Shown here piece after piece: positions 1 through 9,082 of a DNA stretch of 64,000 bases (position 1 is its first letter; every line of letters starts with the position of its first letter). The notes under the pieces were generated by a model. The model did no database searches. It saw only the letters and a list, made by a program, of their open reading frames with translations, and was not told where the DNA came from. The stretch comes from Chthoniobacterales bacterium (GTDB taxonomy: Bacteria; Verrucomicrobiota; Verrucomicrobiia; Chthoniobacterales; UBA6821): the NCBI GenBank assembly GCA_049314455.1, contig JBMOFC010000003.1, positions 6,971 through 70,970 on the forward strand. Direction: 5' to 3'. A program made the position numbers and the translations under genes.

Positions 1-2
1 TA

Positions 3-2228
3 AGAACGCTTCATAAAGCAGAGCTCTTCGAGAATTTCTTACACACAACCTACGTCGGAAGTAAGCGCTTTTCGATTGAAGGAGGAGAATCGCTAATGGT
101 TGCTCTTTCTGAACTCCTTCGACGTTCTCCCGAACAAGGAATCAAAGAGATTGTCCTTGGAATGGCTCATCGCGGGCGTTTAAATGTCCTGGCTAATTTT
201 TTAAAAAAACCATTTGCCATTATTTTCAATGAATTTTCGGATGAATATCGTCCTGAAATTGGAGATGCGAGTGGTGATGTAAAATATCATCTTGGCTATC
301 AAACAACGCGAGACGACCATCCTGAGCATCCGGTAGAAATTTATTTAGCTGCTAATCCAAGCCATCTAGAAGCAGTCAATCCGGTGGTCATGGGAAAAGC
401 ACGTGCTCGCCAACGTATTTTAAATGATACCGAATCGCGTCGTGCTGTTGTGCCTCTTTTAATTCATGGAGATGCTGCCTTCATCGGACAGGGGATCGTT
501 GCAGAATGCCTCAATCTTTCGCAGCTTCCAGGATATCGTGTAGGTGGAACGATTCATCTTATCGTAAACAATCAAATTGGCTTTACGACCCTTCCTGCCG
601 ATGCTCGTTCTACGACACATTGTACTGATATCATGAAATTCATTGAGGCTCCGATTTTTCATGTGAATGGAGATGATCCACTCTCGGTGTGTCGTATGGC
701 TCGTTTGGCGCTCGCGTTTCGTCAGCAATTTAGCCGGGACGTTGTGCTCGATATTGTTTGCTACCGCCGCTATGGACACAACGAGGGGGATGAACCTTCT
801 TATACGCAACCTAATCTTTACAAAATTATTAAAGATCACCCTCGTGTAAGTGAGGTTTTTTTAAAGCAAACCTTTGCATTGGGGACCATCACTCAAGAAG
901 AAGCCTCAGAGAGCCGAGAAAGAACGACAAAGCATCTTCAAGAGGCTTTGCAGAAAATGAAAAAAGGATTAGCTGCTTCGGGATATGATAAAAATGCAGC
1001 TTTTGTGGGCTCCACAGCAGTTTTTCAACCAGCTTATAATTTTGATCCTGTGGAGACAGCTATTTCAGAAGAACAGCTTATTAACTTAGTCACTGGCTTG
1101 ACGACGATTCCTGAAAACTTTCGGATCCTTCCTAAAATTAAAAAAAATGTCGTAGAGCATCGTCGTAAACTTTTAGAGAAGGGAGGCTCTTTTGATTGGG
1201 CTTCTGCAGAAGCGTTAGCCTTTGCGTCATTGTTAGTAGAAGGAACACCAGTGCGTCTTTCGGGACAAGATAGTCGCCGCGGTACTTTTAGTCAGAGGCA
1301 TTCAGTTTTTTATGATGAAGTAACTCGTGAGCGCTATATTCCCTTATTGCACTTGGATCCACAGCAAGAAGAGTTTTGTGTTTACAACAGTCCTTTGTCA
1401 GAAGCCTCCGTACTCGGTTTTGACTATGGCTATTCAATGGATTTTCCAAAAATGCTCTGTATTTGGGAAGCGCAGTTTGGTGATTTTGCCAATGGTGCTC
1501 AAGTCATCATCGATCAATTTATTGCTTCCTCAGAAACAAAATGGCTACGTTCTTCTTCATTAGTAATGCTCCTTCCTCATGGTTACGAGGGAATGGGACC
1601 AGAGCATTCGAGCGCACGCTTAGAACGTTACCTTCAACTCTGCGCTGAAGAAAACATGCAAGTTTGTAACCTCACAACTTCTGCTCAATATTTTCATCTA
1701 TTGCGCCGTCAGATGCGAAGAACTTTTAGAAAGCCACTCATTATCATGACGCCAAAGAAACTCTTGCGCTCAGAAGATGCTCTTTCAAAAAGAGAAGATT
1801 TTACTAAGGGGCATTTTCAGGAAATTCTTTTAGGGCCAACGCCAACGGATGCTCACGGCGTAGAGCGTCTTATATTTTGCAGTGGCAAAATTTACTATGA
1901 TCTTTTTGCCTATCAAAAAAACGAAGGATGGGAAGATCGCGCTCTGATGGTCCGTGTAGAGCAGCTTTATCCATTACATCAAGAACTTTTGGAGCAACTT
2001 GTGAAACCCTATTTAACAAAAAAAACAGTTTTAGTCTGGTGCCAAGAAGAACCAGAAAACATGGGGGCGTATCATTTTATAGCTCCCTACTTAGAAAAAC
2101 TCTTTCATCAAAAAATCATCTATGCTGGCCGCGAAGCTTCTGCCAGTACGGCTGTCGGGGCACTCGCCATTCATCATCTGGAGCAGGCTGCTCTGGTAAA
2201 AACGGCTTTCGAAGTCGCCAAAGCGTAA
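3..2228 (+). CDS. sucA: 2-oxoglutarate dehydrogenase E1 component, 5' end cut by window edge
   Basis: The frame of ORF 96..2228 stays open back to nt 3 (..KAELFENFLHTTYVGSKRFSIEGGESL..). E1o-type motifs are present (GMAHRGRLNVL, HGDAAFIGQG, SGQDSRRGTFSQRH). The E2 gene follows 37 nt downstream. Confidence 0.93.
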   Translation, partial: RTLHKAELFENFLHTTYVGSKRFSIEGGESLMVALSELLRRSPEQGIKEIVLGMAHRGRLNVLANFLKKPFAIIFNEFSDEYRPEIGDASGDVKYHLGYQTTRDDHPEHPVEIYLAANPSHLEAVNPVVMGKARARQRILNDTESRRAVVPLLIHGDAAFIGQGIVAECLNLSQLPGYRVGGTIHLIVNNQIGFTTLPADARSTTHCTDIMKFIEAPIFHVNGDDPLSVCRMARLALAFRQQFSRDVVLDIVCYRRYGHNEGDEPSYTQPNLYKIIKDHPRVSEVFLKQTFALGTITQEEASESRERTTKHLQEALQKMKKGLAASGYDKNAAFVGSTAVFQPAYNFDPVETAISEEQLINLVTGLTTIPENFRILPKIKKNVVEHRRKLLEKGGSFDWASAEALAFASLLVEGTPVRLSGQDSRRGTFSQRHSVFYDEVTRERYIPLLHLDPQQEEFCVYNSPLSEASVLGFDYGYSMDFPKMLCIWEAQFGDFANGAQVIIDQFIASSETKWLRSSSLVMLLPHGYEGMGPEHSSARLERYLQLCAEENMQVCNLTTSAQYFHLLRRQMRRTFRKPLIIMTPKKLLRSEDALSKREDFTKGHFQEILLGPTPTDAHGVERLIFCSGKIYYDLFAYQKNEGWEDRALMVRVEQLYPLHQELLEQLVKPYLTKKTVLVWCQEEPENMGAYHFIAPYLEKLFHQKIIYAGREASASTAVGALAIHHLEQAALVKTAFEVAKA

Positions 2229-2265
2229 AAAATTTATTCCCTAATTCTCAAATCTCTCCATTTTT

Positions 2266-3369
2266 ATGAGCACTCATGTTAAAGTTCCTGCGGTTGGAGA
2301 ATCCATTTCCTCTGGCGTTGTTTCTGCATGGCATCAACAAGAGGGAGCCAGCGTTGCCATTGGTGATCTTTTATTTACTCTGGATACGGACAAAGTTTCT
2401 ACCGAGGTCACAGCCATAGAGGCTGGAATTCTCAAGAGATTAGTGGAAGAGGGAGCTGAGGTGAAAATTGGAGAGATTGTTGCAGAAATCTTGGAGGCTC
2501 CAGCATCAGCACAAGATGAAAAAACTCCTAAGAAAAAACATTCAGAGCCAAAAAAAGAAAAGACTCCAGAGCCACAAGTAGTCGAAGCAATTTCTTCATT
2601 TGTTGAAAAAGCTCCAGTTGTTGAAAAACAAAAAACTTCTGAGCCTGTTTTTTCTGCTAAGCCTTCTCCCGAAGGGCGTGTGACTCGTCGTAAACTCACA
2701 CCGCTCCGTCGTAAAATCGCAGCACAGCTTGTTTCTGCGCAGCAAACAGCAGCTATTCTTACCACTTTCAATGAAGTCGATATGGCTCCAATTATGGCTC
2801 TACGCAAAGAGATTCAAGAGTCATTCCAAAAAAGATATGGAGTCAAACTCGGCTTCATGTCTTTCTTCATCAAAGCGGTGGTGGAGGCTCTCCAAGCCGT
2901 TCCCAGCATTAATGCTCGCCTGGAAGAAGAGGAGCTTATTGAAAATCATTACTACGATATTGGCGTTGCTGTCGGCACCGAAAAAGGTTTGATCGTTCCT
3001 GTCGTGCGTGACTGTGAAAAACAATCGCTTGCAGCGCTCGAACAGCAGCTCATTGTCTATGCTGCCAAAGCTCGCGAAGGAAAAATCGCTCTTACTGATT
3101 TGCAAGGTGGCGTTTTTACGATTTCTAATGGTGGTGTCTACGGATCCCTTTTAAGCACACCGATCTTAAATCCGCCCCAGAGCGGCATTCTTGGTATGCA
3201 CAAAATTCAAGAGCGCCCCGTTGTTGTGGATGGGCAAATCGTGATTCGTCCTATGATGTATTTGGCCTTGAGTTATGATCATCGCCTTGTTGATGGAAAA
3301 GAAGCCGTTGCGTTTTTAATTAAAGTCAAAGAGGTGTTAGAAAATCCACTGCGTTTGTTTTTAGCATAA
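2266..3369 (+). CDS. sucB: dihydrolipoamide succinyltransferase (E2 of 2-oxoglutarate dehydrogenase)
   Basis: N-terminal lipoyl domain ([10 protein letters not shown]), a P/K/E-rich linker, and a C-terminal catalytic domain with [12 protein letters not shown]. Confidence 0.93.
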   Translation: MSTHVKVPAVGESISSGVVSAWHQQEGASVAIGDLLFTLDTDKVSTEVTAIEAGILKRLVEEGAEVKIGEIVAEILEAPASAQDEKTPKKKHSEPKKEKTPEPQVVEAISSFVEKAPVVEKQKTSEPVFSAKPSPEGRVTRRKLTPLRRKIAAQLVSAQQTAAILTTFNEVDMAPIMALRKEIQESFQKRYGVKLGFMSFFIKAVVEALQAVPSINARLEEEELIENHYYDIGVAVGTEKGLIVPVVRDCEKQSLAALEQQLIVYAAKAREGKIALTDLQGGVFTISNGGVYGSLLSTPILNPPQSGILGMHKIQERPVVVDGQIVIRPMMYLALSYDHRLVDGKEAVAFLIKVKEVLENPLRLFLA

Positions 3370-3376
3370 ATTTCCT

Positions 3377-4033
3377 ATGCGCGTGATTGTGACTTGTGGA
3401 CCTAGTTGTGAACCCATCGATCAGGTTCGTTTTTTAAGCAATTTTTCCACAGGAGAATTAGGCGTTCTTCTTGCGCGAGCATTTCAAGAGTGTGGCCTGG
3501 AAGTGATCTGTTTACGAAGCAGACTAGCCACCTATCCTATTGACTTCTCCATGGCTCAGGTGATTCCTTTTAGCACCAATGCCGATCTAGCAAGGTTATT
3601 CGAACGACTTTCACAAGGAGAACCGGTCGCTGCGATTTTTCATGCGGCAGCTCTTTGTGATTATCGTGTGGAAAAAGTCATAACTCTTGATGAAAAACTC
3701 CTCTCTTGCGGGAAAATTCCTACCTCTGCGGGTTCCTTGCAGATGACCCTGCACCCAACGATGAAAGTGATTTCCAAACTTCGCGAATGGTTTCCTGGGA
3801 GTTTACTCGTTGGGTGGAAATATGAAGTCGATGGGACGAAACAAGAAGCCATGAGGCATGCAGAAGATCAACTTATAAAATATCAACTCGATGCAATCGT
3901 TGCCAATGGACCAGCTCTTGAGAATGGCTTTGAATTTATCTCAACAGGGGGAACAAAGGAGTATTGTAATTCTAAAAGCGCACTTGCCTCTTTTTTAGCA
4001 ACATCGCTCTATGAGCTGATCGCCAAAAAATAA
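3377..4033 (+). CDS. coaB: phosphopantothenate-cysteine ligase-like protein (stand-alone CoaB domain)
   Basis: CGPSCEPIDQVRFLSNFSTGELG matches the CoaB GPTxEPIDPVRxIxNxSSGxxG motif. HAAALCDYRV and GKIP..L.L are also CoaB-like. No CoaC domain is present. Confidence 0.7.
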   Translation: MRVIVTCGPSCEPIDQVRFLSNFSTGELGVLLARAFQECGLEVICLRSRLATYPIDFSMAQVIPFSTNADLARLFERLSQGEPVAAIFHAAALCDYRVEKVITLDEKLLSCGKIPTSAGSLQMTLHPTMKVISKLREWFPGSLLVGWKYEVDGTKQEAMRHAEDQLIKYQLDAIVANGPALENGFEFISTGGTKEYCNSKSALASFLATSLYELIAKK

Positions 4034-4053
4034 TTCTTTGATAGAATCAGCTC

Positions 4054-4719
4054 ATGTTCACCGGAATTATTCAAAGTATTGCTACGATTGCCGCCATTCA
4101 TGATCAAGAAGATCTCCGTACTATCACACTCACTTTTGAAGAGGGTTTTTGTCATGACTTGACTCTCGGAGCGAGTGTTTCTGTAGATGGGGTTTGTTTA
4201 ACGGTTATAAAATTACATCATGGAGACCGTGCTGATTTTGATGTCATGCTTCAAAGCCTGAAGACAACAACGCTTTGTGAGGCTTCCTTGGGGTTACACG
4301 TCAATGTGGAACGAGCAGCTAAGCAAGGAGCTGAAATCGGAGGTCATCCTCTTTCTGGTCATGTCGATTTTTACGGAAAAATTAGTGATATTCGAAAGCC
4401 TCAAAACAACCATGTCCTCTACGTTGAAGTTCCTCTGCGATGGAGACGTTATATTTTTGCTAAAGGTTATATTGCACTCAATGGTACCAGTCTGACGATT
4501 AGTGAAGTGAATCACCATGAAGGATGGTTTGAAGTCTGGCTCATTCCTGAAACGCTACGCAGAACTACCTTCATCGAAAAAAAAATAGGAGACCTCATTA
4601 ACATTGAGATCGATCGTAAGACCCAAGTGATCGTGGATACGGTGCGATCCACTGTGGAGGAGCTCTGTACCGAAGGCGCTAAGTTAAGGGGTGTTGCGGA
4701 TGCTTGCTCAAGAAAATAG
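4054..4719 (+). CDS. ribE: riboflavin synthase alpha chain
   Basis: Canonical MFTGIIQ N-terminus. Two lumazine-binding repeats (GASVSVDGVCLTV / GYIALNGTSLTI). Confidence 0.92.
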   Translation: MFTGIIQSIATIAAIHDQEDLRTITLTFEEGFCHDLTLGASVSVDGVCLTVIKLHHGDRADFDVMLQSLKTTTLCEASLGLHVNVERAAKQGAEIGGHPLSGHVDFYGKISDIRKPQNNHVLYVEVPLRWRRYIFAKGYIALNGTSLTISEVNHHEGWFEVWLIPETLRRTTFIEKKIGDLINIEIDRKTQVIVDTVRSTVEELCTEGAKLRGVADACSRK

Positions 4720-4725
4720 GTTGCT

Positions 4726-4888
4726 TATAGTCTTTTAAAGAGAGAAGGGGGCGATAAGACGATGAAATTTTTCTTGATAACAAGGCCGAAGAGCGAGAGC
4801 TATCTTAAGATAACGTGAGTGATGAGAACGCTGTTATCAAGAAAAAGAGCAAGTTCAGATCGTGACCTTATGGATTTAAAAGACTATA
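4726..4888. repeat. Family A nested-palindrome element, copy A1 (163 bp)
   Basis: Perfect 14-bp termini TATAGTCTTTTAAA / TTTAAAAGACTATA. Inner arms CTTGATAACA / TGTTATCAAG. Central palindrome TATCTTAAGATA. Near-identical inverted copies lie at 9902..10065 and 34056..34218. Confidence 0.9.
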
Positions 4889-5053
4889 TTGTGAAGCGAT
4901 GAAAGTTTGAGTGCAATCAGTTTGAGTTCAAGTGGCGCTTCGCTTTTCAATATAAGAGAATGACGCGAAGTTGCGAAAGTGACTCAAACTGGTGGAGCAA
5001 TCAGCATGAGACTTCATTTTAACCTAGCACCATTCAGAGCGTTACCCGTTTTC

Positions 5054-5863
5054 TTAATCGGATGTCATTCTCGGCACTGCAGCCAGCAGCTCTTTTGTAT
5101 AGGGATGCTGAGGATGGTCTAGAACTTTCTTTGCATCCCCTGATTCCACAAGGTGTCCATGATGCAGAACAAGAACAGAGTCGCTGATATGTTTGATAAC
5201 AGCGAGATCATGACCGATAAAAATCATGGTGAGCCCTAACTCTTCTTGAAGATCTTGTAATAAATTAATGATCTGTGCTTGCACGCTCACATCGAGAGCG
5301 CTGACAGGTTCATCACAAATAAGTAATTCAGGTTCTACAGCTAGAGCCCGTGCGATGCCGATGCGCTGTCGTTGGCCTCCACTAAAGGCATGCGGATAAC
5401 GATGCATCATCGTAGGTTCTAAACCTACTTTTTTAAGTAAAGTAGCAACGCGATCATCACGTTCTGATCGCGACATTTTTAAAAAATGTATTTCTAGCGC
5501 TTCCCCAATAATCTTCCTGATGGTGAGTTTAGGATTGAGTGATCCATGAGGGTCCTGAAAAATCATTTGGATTTTTTTTCTCCATGGATAAAATTCCGAC
5601 TCATTCATGATGCCAATATTTTTTCCTTCGTAGAATATTTCTCCAGAAGTTGGCTTGATGAGTTTAACAAGAGTTCTTCCAATGGTTGTTTTGCCACTGC
5701 CACTCTCGCCCACAAGACCAACTGTTGTTCCTCGAGGAACGTTAAAGCTGACATCATCAACCGCACGCACTTCTCCATGTTTGCGATGTAGAATACCCTT
5801 AAAAATGGGGAAATAGACCTTGAGATATCGAACTTCCAAGAGGGGTGAGGGATGAAACTTCAT
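5054..5863 (-). CDS. ABC transporter ATP-binding protein, oligopeptide/dipeptide (OppF/DppF) type, with no permease or binding-protein partner nearby
   Basis: Walker A GESGSGKTT, signature FSGGQRQR, Walker B LLICDEPVSALD, and the Opp/Dpp C-terminal motif HPYTKELLAAVP. The ATG at 5863 is preferred; the ORF-track start at 5917 is a TTG overlapping the upstream gene. Confidence 0.85.
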   Translation of the reverse strand: MKFHPSPLLEVRYLKVYFPIFKGILHRKHGEVRAVDDVSFNVPRGTTVGLVGESGSGKTTIGRTLVKLIKPTSGEIFYEGKNIGIMNESEFYPWRKKIQMIFQDPHGSLNPKLTIRKIIGEALEIHFLKMSRSERDDRVATLLKKVGLEPTMMHRYPHAFSGGQRQRIGIARALAVEPELLICDEPVSALDVSVQAQIINLLQDLQEELGLTMIFIGHDLAVIKHISDSVLVLHHGHLVESGDAKKVLDHPQHPYTKELLAAVPRMTSD

Positions 5864-5885
5864 TAAAGAAAGTTGATAATAGTAC

Positions 5886-6347
5886 TCACTCTTTTTCCTT
5901 CTCGGAAAGAATCTCAATAAATTCTTCAGGAGAGGAGGCCAGCAGCAATTTTTCTACGGTGGTAGCATCGTTGCAGACGCGAGCAATCGAGCCCATAACA
6001 CGAAGGTATTCCTGATTGAGTGCATGAGGAATGGCGATGACAAAAATAAGATGAATGGGTGCCGTAGCATTTTTAAAAAAAATTCCTGCACTACTGCGTC
6101 CCGCAGCAATGACAAAGTCTCTGATGCTACTCGCACGTCCATGATAGAGCATCGCTACCATTTTTCCTTTACTAGAGAGAGGAAACGGTGAAGGCACGAG
6201 GATGGAATGATACAATTCTTGCCAGTTAGCGACACGATGATCTTCTTTCAAATGTTCTAACATTTCTTCCAAGACAGCTTCTTCTCTTTTGGAATTCAGT
6301 GAGAGCAACAGCGACTGTGGAAATAAAAAATGACTGAGGTCAGGCAT
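5886..6347 (-). CDS. ptsN: PTS EIIA type-2 (PtsN / EIIA-Ntr-like) regulatory protein
   Basis: About 150 aa. The layout is EIIA-2-like: a candidate phospho-His region (MLYHGRASSI), then IHLIFVIAIP, and a C-terminal LL..SPEEFIEIL. Confidence 0.55.
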   Translation of the reverse strand: MPDLSHFLFPQSLLLSLNSKREEAVLEEMLEHLKEDHRVANWQELYHSILVPSPFPLSSKGKMVAMLYHGRASSIRDFVIAAGRSSAGIFFKNATAPIHLIFVIAIPHALNQEYLRVMGSIARVCNDATTVEKLLLASSPEEFIEILSEKEKE

Positions 6348-6354
6348 AAAGTTT

Positions 6355-7287
6355 CTATTGTGAACTGCTCCATGCAGACTGAGGTGTTTTGAGATTACTT
6401 CCTATCCATTGAAGTTTCGCACACAGAATCTGAGCAAAAGTTGTTTCTGGGAGCATTGCTAAAGGAAGTTTTTGAGAGGAGGTTGAAAGGAGAAGGCTCT
6501 CTTCCGTTTTCAGAAGGCGAGCTTTATGGCCATCAAGACTAATAAAAACTTCCTGGGTGCCAGTAGCTTTAATCGTCATTTTACTTTGATCAGAAATGAC
6601 CATAGAACGATTACTAAAAGCGTGCGGACAGATGGGAGTAATGAGCAAGACGCGGCTATCAGGTATCACTACAGGGCCTCCTGCAGCGAGAGAATAAGCA
6701 GTCGATCCTGTAGGTGTAGCAATAATGAGACCATCAGCGTTATATTCAGTAAAAAAATGATCGTCGATAAAAATCGAAAGACTTACCAAGCGTGAACGTT
6801 CGCCACGGCTGATTACGACATCATTGAGAGCATTGCCGATGGGTTCTACGTGTTGCGATCTGTTAGTGATCGCAATTTCTAGAAGACTTCTCGGACTTAA
6901 AACATAACTCTGATCAGCCAAGCATTGGATAGCTCTTTTATACTCGTGAGCATTTAAACAGGTGAGAAATCCAAGAGAACCAATATTGAGTCCAAATATT
7001 GGTTTTAAATATTGGTTGCTTCGATGCATAGCACGGAGGATGCTTCCATCGCCTCCCATGACAAGAAGGAGATCGCACTGTTTCGCAAGAGAAAGTTCAT
7101 CTAGCGGTGAGCTTTCCCCAACGAGTTCGGCTGTCTTGTGTTCCATGAAAAAAGAGAGATGTTGTCGTTGAAGCTCTTCAATAACGAGTCGTACAGCAGG
7201 AGCTGCACCTTCTTTTTTTGTATGAGCAATAAGACCTATCGTTATGGGAACCTTAATGCCAATTTTGTGTGTGGGGGCAGTTTTCAT
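6355..7287 (-). CDS. nadK: NAD kinase
   Basis: Motifs GGDGSILRA, NDVVISRG and ADGLIIATPTGSTAYSLAAGGP. Confidence 0.92.
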   Translation of the reverse strand: MKTAPTHKIGIKVPITIGLIAHTKKEGAAPAVRLVIEELQRQHLSFFMEHKTAELVGESSPLDELSLAKQCDLLLVMGGDGSILRAMHRSNQYLKPIFGLNIGSLGFLTCLNAHEYKRAIQCLADQSYVLSPRSLLEIAITNRSQHVEPIGNALNDVVISRGERSRLVSLSIFIDDHFFTEYNADGLIIATPTGSTAYSLAAGGPVVIPDSRVLLITPICPHAFSNRSMVISDQSKMTIKATGTQEVFISLDGHKARLLKTEESLLLSTSSQKLPLAMLPETTFAQILCAKLQWIGSNLKTPQSAWSSSQ

Positions 7288-7300
7288 TTTATAAAAAATT

Positions 7301-7562
7301 GTAACTACTCATGAGTCTTAGGAAAATAAGATAACTTACTCAGCAATTATTACCGAGTTCCTTGTTTAGGGGTTTAGGAGGTTAGGGGAAAATTCTTGAA
7401 ATCATGAACACAATACGCAAAGTGATCTTCAGAAGTATTTATTCAAACAAGCTGCGTAGCAGCTTCTAGGGCATCCCCTAAACTTCTCAACCCCTAAACC
7501 TGGAAATAGACGATAATAACAAATTGAGATAGCTTGCTTTTTTTAGATACCTGAGCTGTTAC
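7301..7562. mobile_element. Family B MITE-like element, copy B1 (262 bp)
   Basis: Imperfect terminal inverted repeats GTAACTACTCATGAG / CCTGAGCTGTTAC. Flanked by perfect 8-bp direct repeats AAAAAATT (7293..7300 and 7563..7570). The second copy, 48154..48382, is inverted relative to this one. Confidence 0.8.
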
Positions 7563-7585
7563 AAAAAATTCTACAATACATTCGA

Positions 7586-8341
7586 TCACGGTATGCTGTT
7601 CGAGGGACGTAACAGTGCCAAGTATTCTATATTGCCAGTCATTCCAGGAAGTGGGGATTCCATGACTTTTTCAAAATGATGCCCCTCATTTTTTACCCAA
7701 AAGCGGATAGATTCAACGGCTTTTTCTCGGAGTAGTGGGTCACGTACAATTCCTCCGCGGCTAACTTCGTTTCGTGAGAGTTCAAATTGTGGTTTGATTA
7801 ACACAATCATGCGCCCTTGCGGCTTGAGGAGAGAAAAGGCAGCAGGAAGAACTCGTGTGAGTGAAATAAAACTTAAATCACCCACAATGAGGTCAAAGAG
7901 TTCGATGAAATCACTTGGTTGAAGATAGCGTGCATTGATTCCTTCGCGAATTTCTACACGTGAATCCTGACGTAAGGACCAAGCGAGTTGACCGACCCCA
8001 ACATCAATACCAGTTACCTTTTTTGCTCCATGTTGCAATAGGCAATCTGTAAAACCACCTGTAGAAGAGCCTAAATCGAGGCAATTGAGGTCAGTGGGAT
8101 TGATAGAAAAACCATCTAGTGCTCCTTCCAGTTTGTGTCCACCACGGCTCACGTAACGTTCACGCTTGGTGAGAGCGATATCGCTAGTGATCGGAACTTT
8201 TGTGCCGACTTTAGTCACCATCACTCCATTTACAAGAACCTGGCCAGCAAGAATGGAGCGCTGTGCCTTTTCTCGAGAGGCACACAATCCTTTTTCGTGA
8301 AGAAGTTGATCCAGTCGCAAACGATCTACAGCGGCACTCAT
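7586..8341 (-). CDS. tlyA: TlyA-family rRNA (cytidine-2'-O)-methyltransferase / hemolysin A-like
   Basis: N-terminal S4 domain (RLDQLLHEKGLCASREKAQRSILAGQVLVNG), followed by an FtsJ-like methyltransferase domain (LDLGSSTGGFTDCLLQHGA). Confidence 0.88.
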   Translation of the reverse strand: MSAAVDRLRLDQLLHEKGLCASREKAQRSILAGQVLVNGVMVTKVGTKVPITSDIALTKRERYVSRGGHKLEGALDGFSINPTDLNCLDLGSSTGGFTDCLLQHGAKKVTGIDVGVGQLAWSLRQDSRVEIREGINARYLQPSDFIELFDLIVGDLSFISLTRVLPAAFSLLKPQGRMIVLIKPQFELSRNEVSRGGIVRDPLLREKAVESIRFWVKNEGHHFEKVMESPLPGMTGNIEYLALLRPSNSIP

Positions 8342-9006
8342 GAGTGACTTATTTGCAAGGCAAGCAACTCTTCGGGTTGATGAAATAGAAAATCGGGTTC
8401 CATGGAAGCAAGTATGGAGGCCGAGTTGTAACCCCAGGTTACTGCTGCGATACGAATTGGAACAGCTTGTGTAGCCTCAATATCGCGTGTCTCATCTGCG
8501 ACGTAGATGATTTCTTCTGCTTTCAATTGATGCTCTTTCATAAGGCGACGTATCTCATAGCTTTTTCCAAAAAGTTTTGAAGAAGTATAAATAAAGTCGA
8601 AGAAATCAAGATGATGTTGTTTTAAAAAAGTAATGACGTTGGCTTCTGAATTCGAAGTTAAAATAGCAAGGCGAAAACCACGTGCTTTGAGCTCTGCAAG
8701 CACTTGAGGTATTTTGGGGATCGGTTGGACTTCTGCAATAGATGCTTGAAATTTGAGCAAACCAGATCGTGTAATCATAGGAAGACGCCAGTGGCTCACC
8801 CCCAAAAAGCGAAGCAACTTTTGCGTCGTCATATCACGGACTTCCTGGACTTCTTCTTCAAGGACAGCCCGAAAATGAAACTCTTCGGAAAGCTCATTGA
8901 GAATCCGCAACGCAATAGCGCGTGTGTCGGCAATCGTTCCATCAAAATCGAATAAGAGAATTTTGGCAGAAACGTGGAAGGCGTGAGAATTAACGGCAGG
9001 TATCAT
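8338..9006 (-). CDS. HAD-superfamily hydrolase (phosphoglycolate phosphatase-like)
   Basis: HAD motif I FDFDGTIADT, a motif II region LAILTSN, and a motif III/IV region YVADETRD. Confidence 0.75.
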   Translation of the reverse strand: MIPAVNSHAFHVSAKILLFDFDGTIADTRAIALRILNELSEEFHFRAVLEEEVQEVRDMTTQKLLRFLGVSHWRLPMITRSGLLKFQASIAEVQPIPKIPQVLAELKARGFRLAILTSNSEANVITFLKQHHLDFFDFIYTSSKLFGKSYEIRRLMKEHQLKAEEIIYVADETRDIEATQAVPIRIAAVTWGYNSASILASMEPDFLFHQPEELLALQISHS

Positions 9007-9082
9007 TAGAAACTATTCTAAGGAGTCAAAAAATAAGGTCAACAGAAGGAAAGGGGAGTAGATCGGCATGGAATATTCGGAA

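Noticed and set aside
5864-5917. N-terminal extensions from TTG/GTG starts in the ORF track (also 10604, 19600, 25980, 44029, 52011, 56100, 61613, 16658)
   Set aside because: The extensions overlap the preceding gene or add non-homologous residues before canonical N-termini. A downstream ATG restores family-typical starts. The extended versions remain possible and are flagged in the feature evidence.
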